Program-made: the position numbers and the translations under genes
NCBI GenBank assembly: GCA_002633005.1
Contig: NMRA01000101.1
Location: 496,001-560,000, forward strand
Direction of reading: 5' to 3'
DNA length: 64,000 nt
From: Phoronis australis
Taxonomy: Eukaryota; Animalia; Phoronida
Part shown: positions 37,701 to 49,790 of the stretch, piece after piece
Position numbering within the stretch: the stretch's first letter is position 1
How the letters are laid out: each line of letters opens with the position of its first letter
Notes under the pieces: generated by a model
Database searches by the model: none
What the model was told of the DNA's origin: nothing
Seen by the model: only the letters and a program-made list of their open reading frames with translations

Positions 37701-40043
37701 CTTCTATGGGATGCTAATTTGAGAGTTGTTCACTTTGAATATTGCAAGAATTTCAAGAAAAAGTCCCCAGATTCACTGTTTTTGAAGCTCAAGCGAAATA
37801 AAAACATTTTCATCCCAACACAAGTTTTCAAATTGTCAGCCCTCAAATAATAAATATGCGCGCTTGCGCTCAAAGAAGTCAGACTGGCTGCTGGTTGAAT
37901 TCGCCATTGTTTCGTTTACATCAAAGGTCAAAGGTCACATTTTCCATATAAAGGAAAATTAATACGTTACGTCTATGTTTTGCTGTAACAAGGAAATGTG
38001 CTTTGTCGTGTGGGGCGAAATCGACGTAGCGGCCAATCATAGCGCAGAAAGTAAGGCTTGGAGACGAGGCTGGTAATTAGCTTGCAAAAACACGACCTAA
38101 AAAGCTTGTATCTTAGAGAGAAAGCAGACAACAGTACATCATACCTGAACTCTAAAATTACGAGCTGTGCAGAATGAGCTTACGAGTAAGGTGGCACTTT
38201 AAGTTGAACATCCAGGAACGTCGAAGGTCATTGGCCTGATGGCATATTGTGCGTGGACGTAAACAAAAAATCAACATTCACAGACAAAAACTGGAGTGTT
38301 TTATATAATGTTGTGTGCTCACCTGATTTAAATTCATGTAGTTCTGAGATAAACACGCGTAACTCTGTTCAACTTGGGTGAATGCTATGCATGCTTTATT
38401 GTCGCCGATTATGTCACGCTCATCTAATCTTATGGCTACGGTAGATAAAATCAGAAATGTGTGACTAGTTGTATTTGACTGGAATATGTATAAAGAAATG
38501 TAAACCAATGATGGCGTTTTATTCAAAACTGCATAGAACCTCGTATTGTTACGGGTGAATTTGTCAACGGACGATAACATTTGATCCTTCGCTATTACAA
38601 ATTTTCTATTCATCTGTTTTTAAGATGGTATTTGGACAATTTTGGGCTTTAGGAACAGGAGTGTGACATTCTTGGATATCCTCATTTTCCTTGTCTTTAT
38701 CTCTTTCTGAAAATTCACCAAGGAACACTAAGGCATGCATGGCACGCGGTGCCACGTGTGTTGCATTTTGAATCAACGTTGTTGCAGTCTTTTTCAATCC
38801 AAAAAAGCTCCTCACCGTTACCATAGGAACAGTTCATTGCTTTAATAGTAAAGCTGTATTTCGCCCCGTTTCGCTTACTAGAAACGAAAATATCGAATTG
38901 TGCCTTTTACTCTCGTAAAATCGGTTTCATAATATTCCTTATCGTGACAGCAGGATTCTATATCCGTTACAACTACAAACATCGAAACCATCAACGAGAC
39001 GAGAAAACACTTTAGAGTTTATTGGGGATTTCGCCAACCATAAAACTGCGAATTAAAAAAATGGCGCATGTAAGCATTACGAGTTGCCGACATCATCGGA
39101 CGAGCGTGGTAATGTTTTTTACACCCATAGCGTTTCGGACAGCTAATCAACGGCGAAATGCTCATTTAAGTTTGAATTATCAGTTGAGAAGTGAAACGTT
39201 TAACAAAGTGCAATAAGTGTAATGTAAGTGTAAGGCAGAAACCATTCTCCACTCTCGCCATTTTTTGCTAACATTAGCGGTTACCGCCCCCTCCCGGTAG
39301 GCACGACAACGTTTATATTTACCATTTTATGCATATGCGTCGAAACAATTTTCCTGAGCCAGCTTTCATTGGCGACCCATTATTCGGACTATCAACTTAT
39401 CCGGTTCCCCAAGGGCCGAAAGGGTGTCAAGTGCGTAGTTGTTTTCGGAATTCTTATCCATTTACCTCAAACCACTTTAACTCCTAATGCTTACTAAGTA
39501 AAAATCAACAACAGGCATCAAGGAGTAACCATAACGAATAACAAAAATATCATTTTGTTCTCCATAAAACTTATCGACATAAATGAGGGGGTCAAAGGTT
39601 ATTAATTCTGCCTCATAAAATTGGTGATGTACAATTTTAATGTATGCACTGTAACTACACGTATAATGAGAGATTTTGGTGATAAGTCATACATTAAATT
39701 ATCCTCAGCGGATATTAACAAAATTCGTACACACGGTTAAGAAACAAGCCCGCGGCGGGGTTTCAAGACTGGTACTCAGTGCCTTCCGACAACTTCCTGG
39801 TAATATCATGCCCCTAATTTAACGCGAACCAATATAGTCAAAATATTATATTCATGTATACCATGTCATTTCATTTACGTCTTTTAAAATAAACATAGGC
39901 TAATTTTAAGATATAATTAAGTTTAAGTTCTGAACGTCTGATGGGTTGTCACAACACTGCAGTGCTGAAAACCAGGCCGAGAACATATATAGGCCTACTG
40001 ATGATAAAGTTATATTTGAATGCACTGCGCGATTCGTTGTTAC

Positions 40044-41559
40044 TTATGATCCGATCACGTGACCTGGATTTATATAGTGCACCCCGTCATAATTGGTAGG
40101 AGAATGTGGCCTCCTGGACACTCTGTGGTATATATCTGACGTTTCTGGTTGTGAGTAAATCGATGGCCGCTCGACATACATTACTCTTCTGGAGCTCCTT
40201 TTCCGCTCACGTTCGTAGCACTTTTCAATAGGTTTGTTTACATAATCTTTATACACCGAGCTCCGACTACGCGTCGATGTCTGTGAGACAGTGTCGAAGC
40301 TTGACAGGCCACCATCCTGACTACCGCCACCTGCTGACCTGACAGAGTAATAGCGATGGTGTCGAGCAAGAGGCACCGCCACTTTTGTTTTGAAGTCTCC
40401 TCGTCTGAGACTGAGAGTGCTTTGTCCAGAACGGTTTTGGTTCTGCGACGAACTCGACGACGTTGTTCGTGCCATGTGCTGTCGATAGTACTGCTGCTCG
40501 TTGAATGACGGCTGTTGGCTGACGTCACGTCTCTCCACCTTCTCTTGAGTGTTTAGCTTCATACCGTTGTTCTGGAGGCCTTCACCAACGATCACAGACG
40601 CTATAGGTGCAGGGGCCGCCTGAGCTTGTTTAGATTCGGTAGACGTTACCTGTTTCATAACGGTTGTTCTGGTTGCACTACTGTCGCCCCCTGCTGGTTG
40701 GTGCAATGTTGGTCCACCATTGGCAACCACATATGGCGCTGGATTTTCAGGATTTTTGACCGACGATGTCTTTGTAATTTTAACAACCTCAGCGTTCAGT
40801 TGTCCTTCGTTTCTCACAAGCGTATTCCCGATAACCTAAAAATTGAAAATTGTTTAATATTCTTTACAAACTTTTAACGAAAGAAAAGGTCAGTGGTCTG
40901 GGCTACATTCTAGGTCGTCTTCGACGAACGTTAGCGGAAACTGCACGAGTATGTTCTATAATGACAGTTGTAAAAATACTAAGGAAGACACTGGATTTTC
41001 AAGAATAAACCGACTTAGGCGACCTGTTTCTTAATAATGCAAAGGCAAAATCACCAGTTTTCGAAACTTAGCACACCAACCCTTACTAAAAGGAGCCTAA
41101 ACTTAATTTGTCATAACTTGTCATGAGGTTCTGATGATTCTTTGTCCCCTCTCATGACCACCAATACATACAGACATTGGAGTGTGAGTGACTTGGTAAA
41201 AAAACATGTTTTTGCTTCACAGCTTCACACAAAGGCAATAACAACTATATAGCGTGGTAACACTGGAATAAAAAAAACGAATGTTTGAATGAGGCAAAAT
41301 GTTTTGGCCGCTTAAAAGCATTTTCAACACAATCTAAAGGTCAATTCTTACTTGTATTCAATGCTATATTGGATACATATGAATCGGAGTTCGATTTTTC
41401 CCAGTTAATGCCGTTTTTAGGAAACCCAGCGCAAATCTTCCATCGGGAATCGGAGGACTGAGCAAACTGAACCTCTACCAGTTTCACGGCTTGAACTCCT
41501 CAATTCAGAAAGGGTCCGCCGCTGACATTGTCAGCAAAAATTACGTTTACCAGGAATTC

Positions 41560-41594
<35 letters not shown>

Positions 41595-44500
41595 TTTTTC
41601 TGTAATTAAGGCCAGAGGCCCACTGTACAAAAGAGCAACATGCAATATACATGTACTTGAGAGTGCAGCAAACTATCATGAAATCAAAAAGCATAAATAC
41701 ACATTTACATTAAGTTAACTAAATAAGCATCATCACTTATTGACATCAATATATTGAACTTGAAAATAGGCGGACAATTCCAGTAGTATACTTCAATGTA
41801 ATTTCCTCTCACTTCAGAATATTCATCACAGCTTAGAAGGAGATGGGTACGCGTCTTCAACAACATGGGACAGAAATGACACTCTCTGTTTGCCCTATCC
41901 AAATTCAAGAAGTCCTGGTTTTACCAACCAAGATCTTCGGGAGCACAAATGAATTCAGACAAAGATGGACCCAAGATCAAGTACAGAGGTTAGGCATGTC
42001 TATGGACTGATATAACGCGCACTTAACTTAGTATTTCTCCCTTAATGCAATACAAAATTGGTCCGAGTAAGGTGATGCGTCCCCCACCTCTGGATCCGCG
42101 TAAGAATATGCAGTTTTGAAAAAATATCTCGAATACAAATTGACCGATGGTTGAGAAAGGAATGACAAGCTTTTACCTATTCGTTGTATTCCAACTAAGT
42201 GCTTTTTAAAAGTAGTTCAACATTTCTGGGACTTAGTTTCCAGCTAGCAGTTTCACAATGTGTAAATTCGAAAGTGGTTATTCTTGTTTTCATTCTGATT
42301 AACCGCAGTGTATGTTTTTACTTACAGTCAGAAGTTTTAAAGATCTACTGTTTTCAGTGTTTTATTGAAAGAGCTGAGAGGTTCGTATTGTAGAACTTCC
42401 CTGTTACAAGCTCCGCAATGTGTAAACTCGGTTCATGAAACCAAATACTGCCTTTTGCTTTGAACCTTAGTATACGATGCCGTTTCTACACACCATACCA
42501 AAAAGCCAAAATTTGTCAGAAAAAAACAAAAACTTTTGAAACTGCAATCTATTATTTTTCATTATGCTCAAACTCGAATAAAAAATCATGGGTGGCACAC
42601 CATAGGGGTCTAGGGGGAGGGGGGCTATAGCCCCACTTTTTTCAGTGTTGCGCCGCCCATAGTCTATAGGCGGTGCACCACATGGGGGTTTGGGGGGGCT
42701 TTAGCCCCCGCTTTTTTCAGTACTGCGCCGCTCTTGAAAATAGATCATCACTCATAAAAAAGTACGTACATGTCCGCAGTTAAAGCTATGCGCCTATGTC
42801 TGAATGTTTTTGACATGTTTGGATGTATGTTGCGCATGCGCATAATCTTCAATTACATTGGTATGTGTCGCTGTGCGTTCCTTGTACAGGAGTATAGCAT
42901 GCCTTTTGGTATTATTTCCGTTCTTAGAATAGTACGTTTCAATTGATTTTAAACACATGTCAACATTTACATAAAACTATATCAGATCACTCACATCTTA
43001 TATGTTTGTTGTACTTTAACTTGACTCGCATGTTTAGCATACAGACGAATATAAGGGCACAGCCACACAAGTGTCTAAATGCGTGTGTGTACTATCGGTG
43101 CGGGGAGGCCTCTAATTAACTACGTCATACTAGCCTAATAATTCATTACTTTCAAACCAAAGACCACTGAGTGCAAATAATGCGGCATGTACTATGGGTC
43201 ACCATCCAATTGCGTATAAGACTTTTTGATTTTTGTACCTTATACTGTTTCGAGTTTCTTATGGTTTTGAGGTGGAGAAACTCTAAGAACTTAAAAACAA
43301 CCAATCGTTTTGCACTAGCTATTTATAGTAGAACTGAATGCATCAAAAAGTTATATTCTTACATGTGACTGTATCTGATTGGTGTTCAGTGCTGTGATGA
43401 CCGGCTGTGGGGCTGCCGTCGTCATTCTCCGCTGCTCGACCACTGTTGCATTTAGAACATTCGTCGGGTTGTTCTGAACCAGCACTGATGTCGTTGGTGG
43501 CCCCATGTCTTGAACATATGTGTAATTCTGCGGCATATTTGTGACGTGACGTCTTTCTTCGACAACAGTGGCGTTAAGGACTCGTGGTTCCGGCTGCTGA
43601 ACTTGAACAGCAGCATGTTGAGACGACAGAGGGACAGCATGGTTCTGCACAGTAACAGTTGAACTGAGCACGCGACCCTCAACTGGGGTGGTTTGTTGCA
43701 CGTACTCACGAGTGTGAGTGACAGGTGGCGTTTGAACGTGCACAACAGGAGGCTGGACCTCCACCGTTGACGGAAGTACATGGATGTCAGATGTTCTGGC
43801 GGAGTTGATGGAGTAGCCGAACTGTTGATCCTGCAATATACTAAATGCAATCAGCAACAACAGTTGATGAAGTGGCTTACCTGCTGATTGTGCAATGTAC
43901 AGGAAGTAATCAGCACCAATAGTCGATAACGTAAGCCGAGCTGCTGATCCTGCAAGTTACTCGAAGTATTTACCAACAGTTGATAGAGTTGCCGATCTCT
44001 TGATCGTGCACTATACACGATGTAATCAACAATTACGGTTTCTAACTGTTAAGACTACAATGTGCAAGATGGATCCTGCAATATGCAAGATGGATCCTGC
44101 AATAAGCAAGTTGTTATTATAACAGCTGTTAGTAGAGTAGCCGAACCGATGACACTGCAATGTTCCCGATGCAACCAGTAACAACAGATGCGTGCGAGAT
44201 GGACTTTCTATTCTGTCAGGTCGAATCACTGCAAAATGTAATTTGTTTAATAAGAAGTGAATGAAGGAATTTTGATCGTGATACAGCCGACAGACATTAA
44301 CTGCTCCTCTCCGAAAGTAAAACGTTCACTCATTAACAAAAAGTTAGCATTACATGGTTGCATTATAAAATTTGCTATTTACTGACGAAGCAATTTTCTT
44401 GACAACTGTTCAAGTATCACCGTTACTTACTATAGTTACGGGCGATGATGTTTGCACCCAGTCGTTCTTTGCAACTGATTTCGTTTCTTGTACTGTGACA

Positions 44501-47500
44501 CTGGCGTCCAAGACGTTGTTAGAAAGAGCAGGTGGGAGCGCGTCGTTGTTAACAGTGACAACGGAGGTCAGAGGGTGGGGCTCAACCTTCGCCATATAAA
44601 CTGATTGGTTTTGTGAATCCATCACATGATCGGATAAGATGGGTGATACGTATTCCCTGTCATCTGCTGTCCTGTACGACGTTACAGTTGTCGGCGGCGC
44701 AGATACCTTTAGATATAAAACCATTAATCATTTCTACTTTAATCAGAACGACAAGGTACGAAAAGTACAGAGGTCAAAGCATTCAGAATATCTCGGGTAT
44801 TTTCGTGCTTTAAATTCCTCTGAATCTGGTTTGCTAGTATTTTTCAACGTGTTGCGAATGAGAAAAGTCGACTACCTTGGTTGTAGATACACTTTTCTTC
44901 AAAATTGTTGCCATGTAGCATTATTGCATTGCTGCTCCGTGACTGAGGAATCAGCTGATTTCAGACCCGGTAGCCCTCAAACAACACAGAATTGCCAAAA
45001 AATTCTGATTAGATGGTCGCAGTTTTAAATCACATCTCTGGAATCTGTAGAAAAGTTGCTTTCAAAATCAAGTGATGGCTCGTGTCGAGCATTGGAAAGG
45101 AAGCGGTGGTTTTGAACTGAAAACTCACAATTTTGCATTTTTTCACGTTTGTCGGAGCGTCGCAAAAGTTTCTGTGGTCATGTTTAAGGTAAAATGAGTC
45201 ATAAGTTTTCATTATGTTCCTAGAGTTTTCAACAGACGGAATGAAAGAAAGGCAGCGAGTGGGAACTGTACAATGCCTCTTTATCTGCACATGTATGTGA
45301 CAATCATTCTCCAGTTTAAAAATTATATGAACTGCCGTGTGATTTAAGTCCGTATGTGCGTACGTAACTTTCACTTCTGAGGGGAAATTTGAGACTACGA
45401 AAATACCGACTGGAGGTTTTCATAATGAGGTCAGAGAAACTCTTATAAGTACGACGCCTGTTTAAAACTTTGGGTAAGGAATTACTATTGAAGGTACAAC
45501 GTCTATTAACGGCAAAAATCCGGGCTAGGAATCTAGTCTGTGTAATTGAAAGCAAACTCGAAATTATTTATGAGATTTTCTGTTTTACTTGAGTACGAAC
45601 TCATGGTGAGTACTAATTTTTGTGCGCTCCATTATATTATGACTTCTTAGGCCAGGGTCGCACTTTATGACCCTCGGATTTAAACCAAAACTTGTAAATC
45701 TCGAGATTTGAGTTAAACAATTGAGATTTTGATTTCAGATTAGTACTCATAGCTCCAGTGCAAGGTTCACGAATTGCAAACTAGGATAAGACAGTCACAT
45801 TGCCAACGACCCCCAATGACAGGCCTACAGCACAATCGGTGTCGGTTTTTAGGTGGTCAGAGGTCTGTGGAGGATTGTTGGGCATGGCTTTCGTGAACAA
45901 TCCCGCCAAATGCACCATGGCTTGCAAATTGCGATGTTGGTAAGACTGCCTAACCCGCCTGCGAGCATTGCCGGTAAACAACGCAGGAACCACGAAGCGC
46001 TAACGATATCGTCAGATTCGCAAAAATCAATCTGGAATGGTCTTTAAACGAAAAAAGTCACCCACAATTATTTATTGTTCATAGTGACGTGCTCAGCCTG
46101 ACCTCACCTCACCATTCAAGTGCGTCCTTCATGTTTTTTATTCATCTGCAGTACGCATAATATGAGTTGTTCATCTATTGAAAACCAAACTTAAGAGAGA
46201 AAAACGTTGATTATAACAGTTTTAGTTATTGCGTTCATTTAACACACTACCTGAACTGATGATTATGTTGTTCATTGCGCAATGAACGCATGGGTGATTA
46301 GTCTGTGCCAGGAGCCATTTTGTTCATTATGGATTACATGGAAAGACAAGTCAACTACACTTTTCAAATTTCGCCAAGCTGAAGACAATCACATACAGGA
46401 GTCGTGATGATGAAAGTGAGCCAAGGCAATGTAGTTAAAAAGGGAAACAGCCGGGATGTAGGGTCTACACTATCTCCCTGCCAGCCGCCGCCCCAGACGC
46501 ACACACCGACTAATCGAAGTTATTGTCCGCGACTACATAATGTATAATTCATTTATTACATAAAATGTGTTGTCAGCTTTTCAGTGATTTGCTGATACTG
46601 ACAAGTACCTTCAAAATACATAGGTCGTTCAATGAACCTGTGGAATAGTACCATCGCCTCCTCAAACTGGAGTAATGTGACACACAACACGAGAACCTTG
46701 TTTGAGAGACACAACAAAGCGCCCTCGCACAGGTATTGTTTGTCACTGAAATCAATCTCAAGGTGGAGTCGAAAACCGGTCTTACCAGTCTCGTCAATTT
46801 GTTTCATAAATACACATGTTCAAGTTTACGGGTGTATAATGATATCAACAGAAGGAATGTCGTTATTTTCACCTGTTAATAGCAACTACATGTGGCACTG
46901 TTTGATAATATCATCATTTTTTGTAATATCTTTAAGTTTTTCTGTTGTTGTAGAAATATGTATTTTCCAAATCTCAAAGTAACATATTTTGTTTTTACGC
47001 GGTCGATCAGGCAAACACAGATGGCAGAACGCATTTGCCAAAATCATGAAAATGAACTGATTACTTTTCGTAGGAAAAAGAACCCCTGCTCATGAAGGGT
47101 TTTTGTGTCAATATTTTGATGCGTTGACCTTAGCTACATATACGCCCAGTGGCGAATTTGTATATTGTCAACATCTATAACGTGATTAAATCATTACAGA
47201 ATCTTATATTGTGACAGCTAGATCCAAATGTAATCCTGGATGCCTATACTAAATTTGATTACCAGGTACTCCATAACGTGTATTTGTTGCATAGTTTTCC
47301 TGAGCGCATGTTGACTTTAGAAAGATTTTGAGTTTCTAGTCGCCGGGTCCTGTGTTAGTCTGGCTTGTTACCATAACGGTAAAGCATAATTTAAGCAAAG
47401 TGTTTGACAGATATTGCTTTTGAATGAAGGCTTTCAGGTTTGTGCATTATGTGACTCTTTCAGGCACCTGTACACCCCGATACCACAGGTATGATAACAC

Positions 47501-48735
47501 GAGACTTCCAAATACACTCACTGAGCAGCGTACTAACTACTTACCGTCACGGTCTTTGTATCTCGTCCATTCGATATGGTCTCCCCGTGTCCAGTAGCAC
47601 TTCTCACAATTTTCCGTGCCGTATAAGTTGTAGTAACAGTCTGCCCTTCAATGGTTTCACTGCAGCCTTCATTCGTCATACTCAAATCTCTCATTTTTGA
47701 TTGCATTTGGTCCACCTGGACATCCTTACTGTTGATTTTCCCACTCGTAGCACTTTTCTGAAGACGGGTTTCTGTTGTAATGATGTGGCCATCTTTGTGT
47801 TCAACCAGTGTTGATCTTTCCTCGGTGAAACCATTCTCGCGGAGCGCAAGAGGTGGCGGTGGGTATTCCCTGTCTGAATCGTCAGATTCGAAGTCGATAG
47901 TGTTCTCTAAAGCGCTTACCCCAGCCTTTTTCGATACCTTGGCAGACATATCCACAGTGGCATAAACATCGCCGTCTGCATGATCCATAGCTGCTAACCT
48001 GTTTCCCGCAAATGAATTTTTTACAGAAACTGCGTGACCCGAGTGAAACGATTGATCGACTGCTGCTACTTTATTTTGTTCATACCCAGTCTTCTGTGAA
48101 GAAATCGTGCTGTTCATGTCTGCGCCTGCGTCATTCGTGATCTTCCGTTCAGTGTATTCCTCTGACGTATTTGTTAAAACCGTTCCTCTTGGTTTGCTTT
48201 CTTTGGTACGCAATGTCCAGTTGCTTTCAAATTCTTCGTCGTGATCGCGTAACTCGATCTCATATCCTTCAATGTACGTGCTTCCCTCTTTTGACGGCGG
48301 CTTGTTCATCCTTACAATGTTGAATGCGTGTACCAAAGTAGAGGCGTCGTCTGCTTGTACTCGATGGTAAATGAGTTCGAATGTTTGGTTTTTGAGTAAT
48401 TGAACTATCACAACGATTCCGTCTACATGGTCATCACTGAACAGATCAAGCGTATTTTTAAGTGGCAGGTCAACTCGAGGTCCCTGGGTTATAATGCTTT
48501 TGCCGATGTACTCTCTTAATCCTATCCCCTCGGGCGTGATGCGAATTTTCGACTTAGTGCCCTTTGCATGTTTTACACTTTCGCTGAGTTCTCGTATCTT
48601 TCTTTCTGTCACTTTATTGAGATAAAAACGACCAACTAGTCTAGCTCTTTTCTCACATATTATCCGTTTTGTATTGACGAGAGACTGATCTTCAAGTTTG
48701 GTGATTTTCTTCAAAAGTGTGTTACTCGTCGACAT
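40044..48735 (-). CDS. Uncharacterised protein (about 908 aa) with divergent N-terminal PTB/PH-like fold and long disordered Ser/Thr/Val/Gln-rich tail
   Basis: Exons 48735-47545, 44706-44431, 43830-43363, 40835-40044; each is a long open frame bounded by AG/GT (GTAAGT, GTAAGT, GTAAGA), all introns phase 0. ATG in good context (GCAGCCATG) just after a CAGCAG acceptor at about 48747. The fold assignment is by pattern only. Confidence 0.8.
41559..41910 (-). mobile_element. 5'-truncated non-LTR retrotransposon (LINE) 3' end with (TGAT)n tail
   Basis: Minus-strand peptide RECHFCPMLLKTRTHLLLSCDEYSEVR resembles the C-terminal CCHC motif of LINE ORF2; it is followed by a short 3' UTR and a (TGAT)n microsatellite seen as (ATCA)n at about 41563-41593. 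Confidence 0.65.
42587..42736. mobile_element. Tandem dimer of the ~70 bp micro-MITE (reverse orientation)
   Basis: Two adjacent copies containing GGGGCT(A/T)TAGCCCCC(A/G)CTTTTTTCAGT..TGCGCCGC, the reverse complement of the 23962 copy. Confidence 0.65.
43804..44190. repeat. Degenerate ~59 bp tandem repeat spanning an intron/exon boundary
   Basis: Unit GTTGATGGAGTAGCCGAACTGTTGATCCTGCAATATACTAAATGCAATCAGCAACAACA recurs diverged at about 43862, 43922, 43978 and 44127. Confidence 0.7.
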
Positions 48736-49687
48736 GGCTGCCCTGCTGAAACAGTGAAAGGAATAAGTTAGGTTAACAAACCTTAAATTATGCTACATAA
48801 AATTCTGTTTTTATTATTCTTGCTTATTCTCTCATGCAGTTTCAAGGCGACAAGTATTGTGATTAGGGTCATGCAAGTGGTTAAACCGGTTTTATTGTAA
48901 TCCATGGTTATTTTTATCGCACGCTGACGAGTCGACCTGGTTGCGTGGCGTATTCTCCGCCGAAGCTGGATATTCGAAGTCAAAGATAGCATTGTATTGG
49001 TTTCAGCTGCAGGCAATTTATTTGTCTAGCAGCTCTATGAACCGTAGAGTTACGTGCACCTATAAATCGGAACTATTAAGGCTATTGTAAGGGCACTTTC
49101 TGTTTTATCTGAGATTTCAAAAACATATTTACACTGTAGGCTCCTTGACACATCCTTTAAAATTGCCTCAGGTGACCTTTTATGATAATAGTTTGTTCAA
49201 AAAGTTCGGCAAGTCCTCAATTAAAGGTAATTGTGGCAAAGACATTTGGCAACTGATTGGACTGTCAACAAAACATTAGTTTATCTTTCTGTTGTTTGAA
49301 CGACCACAAATCGGTACGTTGGGCTAATCTCAGTCTTTGAGCCTTGCCTGGCTGACAACCTAGCTGTATCGGACGTGACCGCAGCATCACCACACGGATT
49401 AGTTATAATGTTGAGTGACACGAGAGGTGTGGCAATAGCCATAGCCAATCGGAGACATTGTCGTTTTTACGACAGTAAAATGCCTTTCTTGGGGTTATTG
49501 TGGATGAGACAGACTTTTTGAAGTTATCAGCTTTGACTTTAAAATCTGTTGTGTTTTTGTAATTTATTACAAATCACAAATTTTCACCGTCGCCTGCCAG
49601 ACATTCGTTGAAATCAATGAGGCCGGCGCCTTTACCAGTTTTAACTGTATTTAAAAATACCGTAAGTTTAAAAGTACTCATTACCAA

Positions 49688-49790
49688 GAGAGATTTAGCT
49701 CACTCAGTCGAGCGTGTAACTGCGACCGCGAGGGTTCTAGGTTCGGTTCCGCGATGGGTCTGATTTCAGACAATTAGTTTTCTCGCCAAT
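49688..49790 (+). mobile_element. Degenerate tRNA-derived SINE head
   Basis: TAGCTCACTCAGTCGAGCG (A box-like) and GGTTCGGTTCC (B box-like), followed by TTTCAGA...TCGCC, shared with the copy at about 55424-55520; does not fold as a full cloverleaf. Confidence 0.5.

Noticed and set aside
46556-46807. Possible extra exon of the 908 aa gene (FEEAMVLFHRF...)
   Set aside because: The available donor gives phase 1, incompatible with the flanking phase-0 exons, and there is no recognisable similarity.
49688-49765. Possible tRNA gene
   Set aside because: Acceptor and anticodon stems do not pair and the 3' flank is shared with another degenerate copy, so it is better explained as a SINE head.
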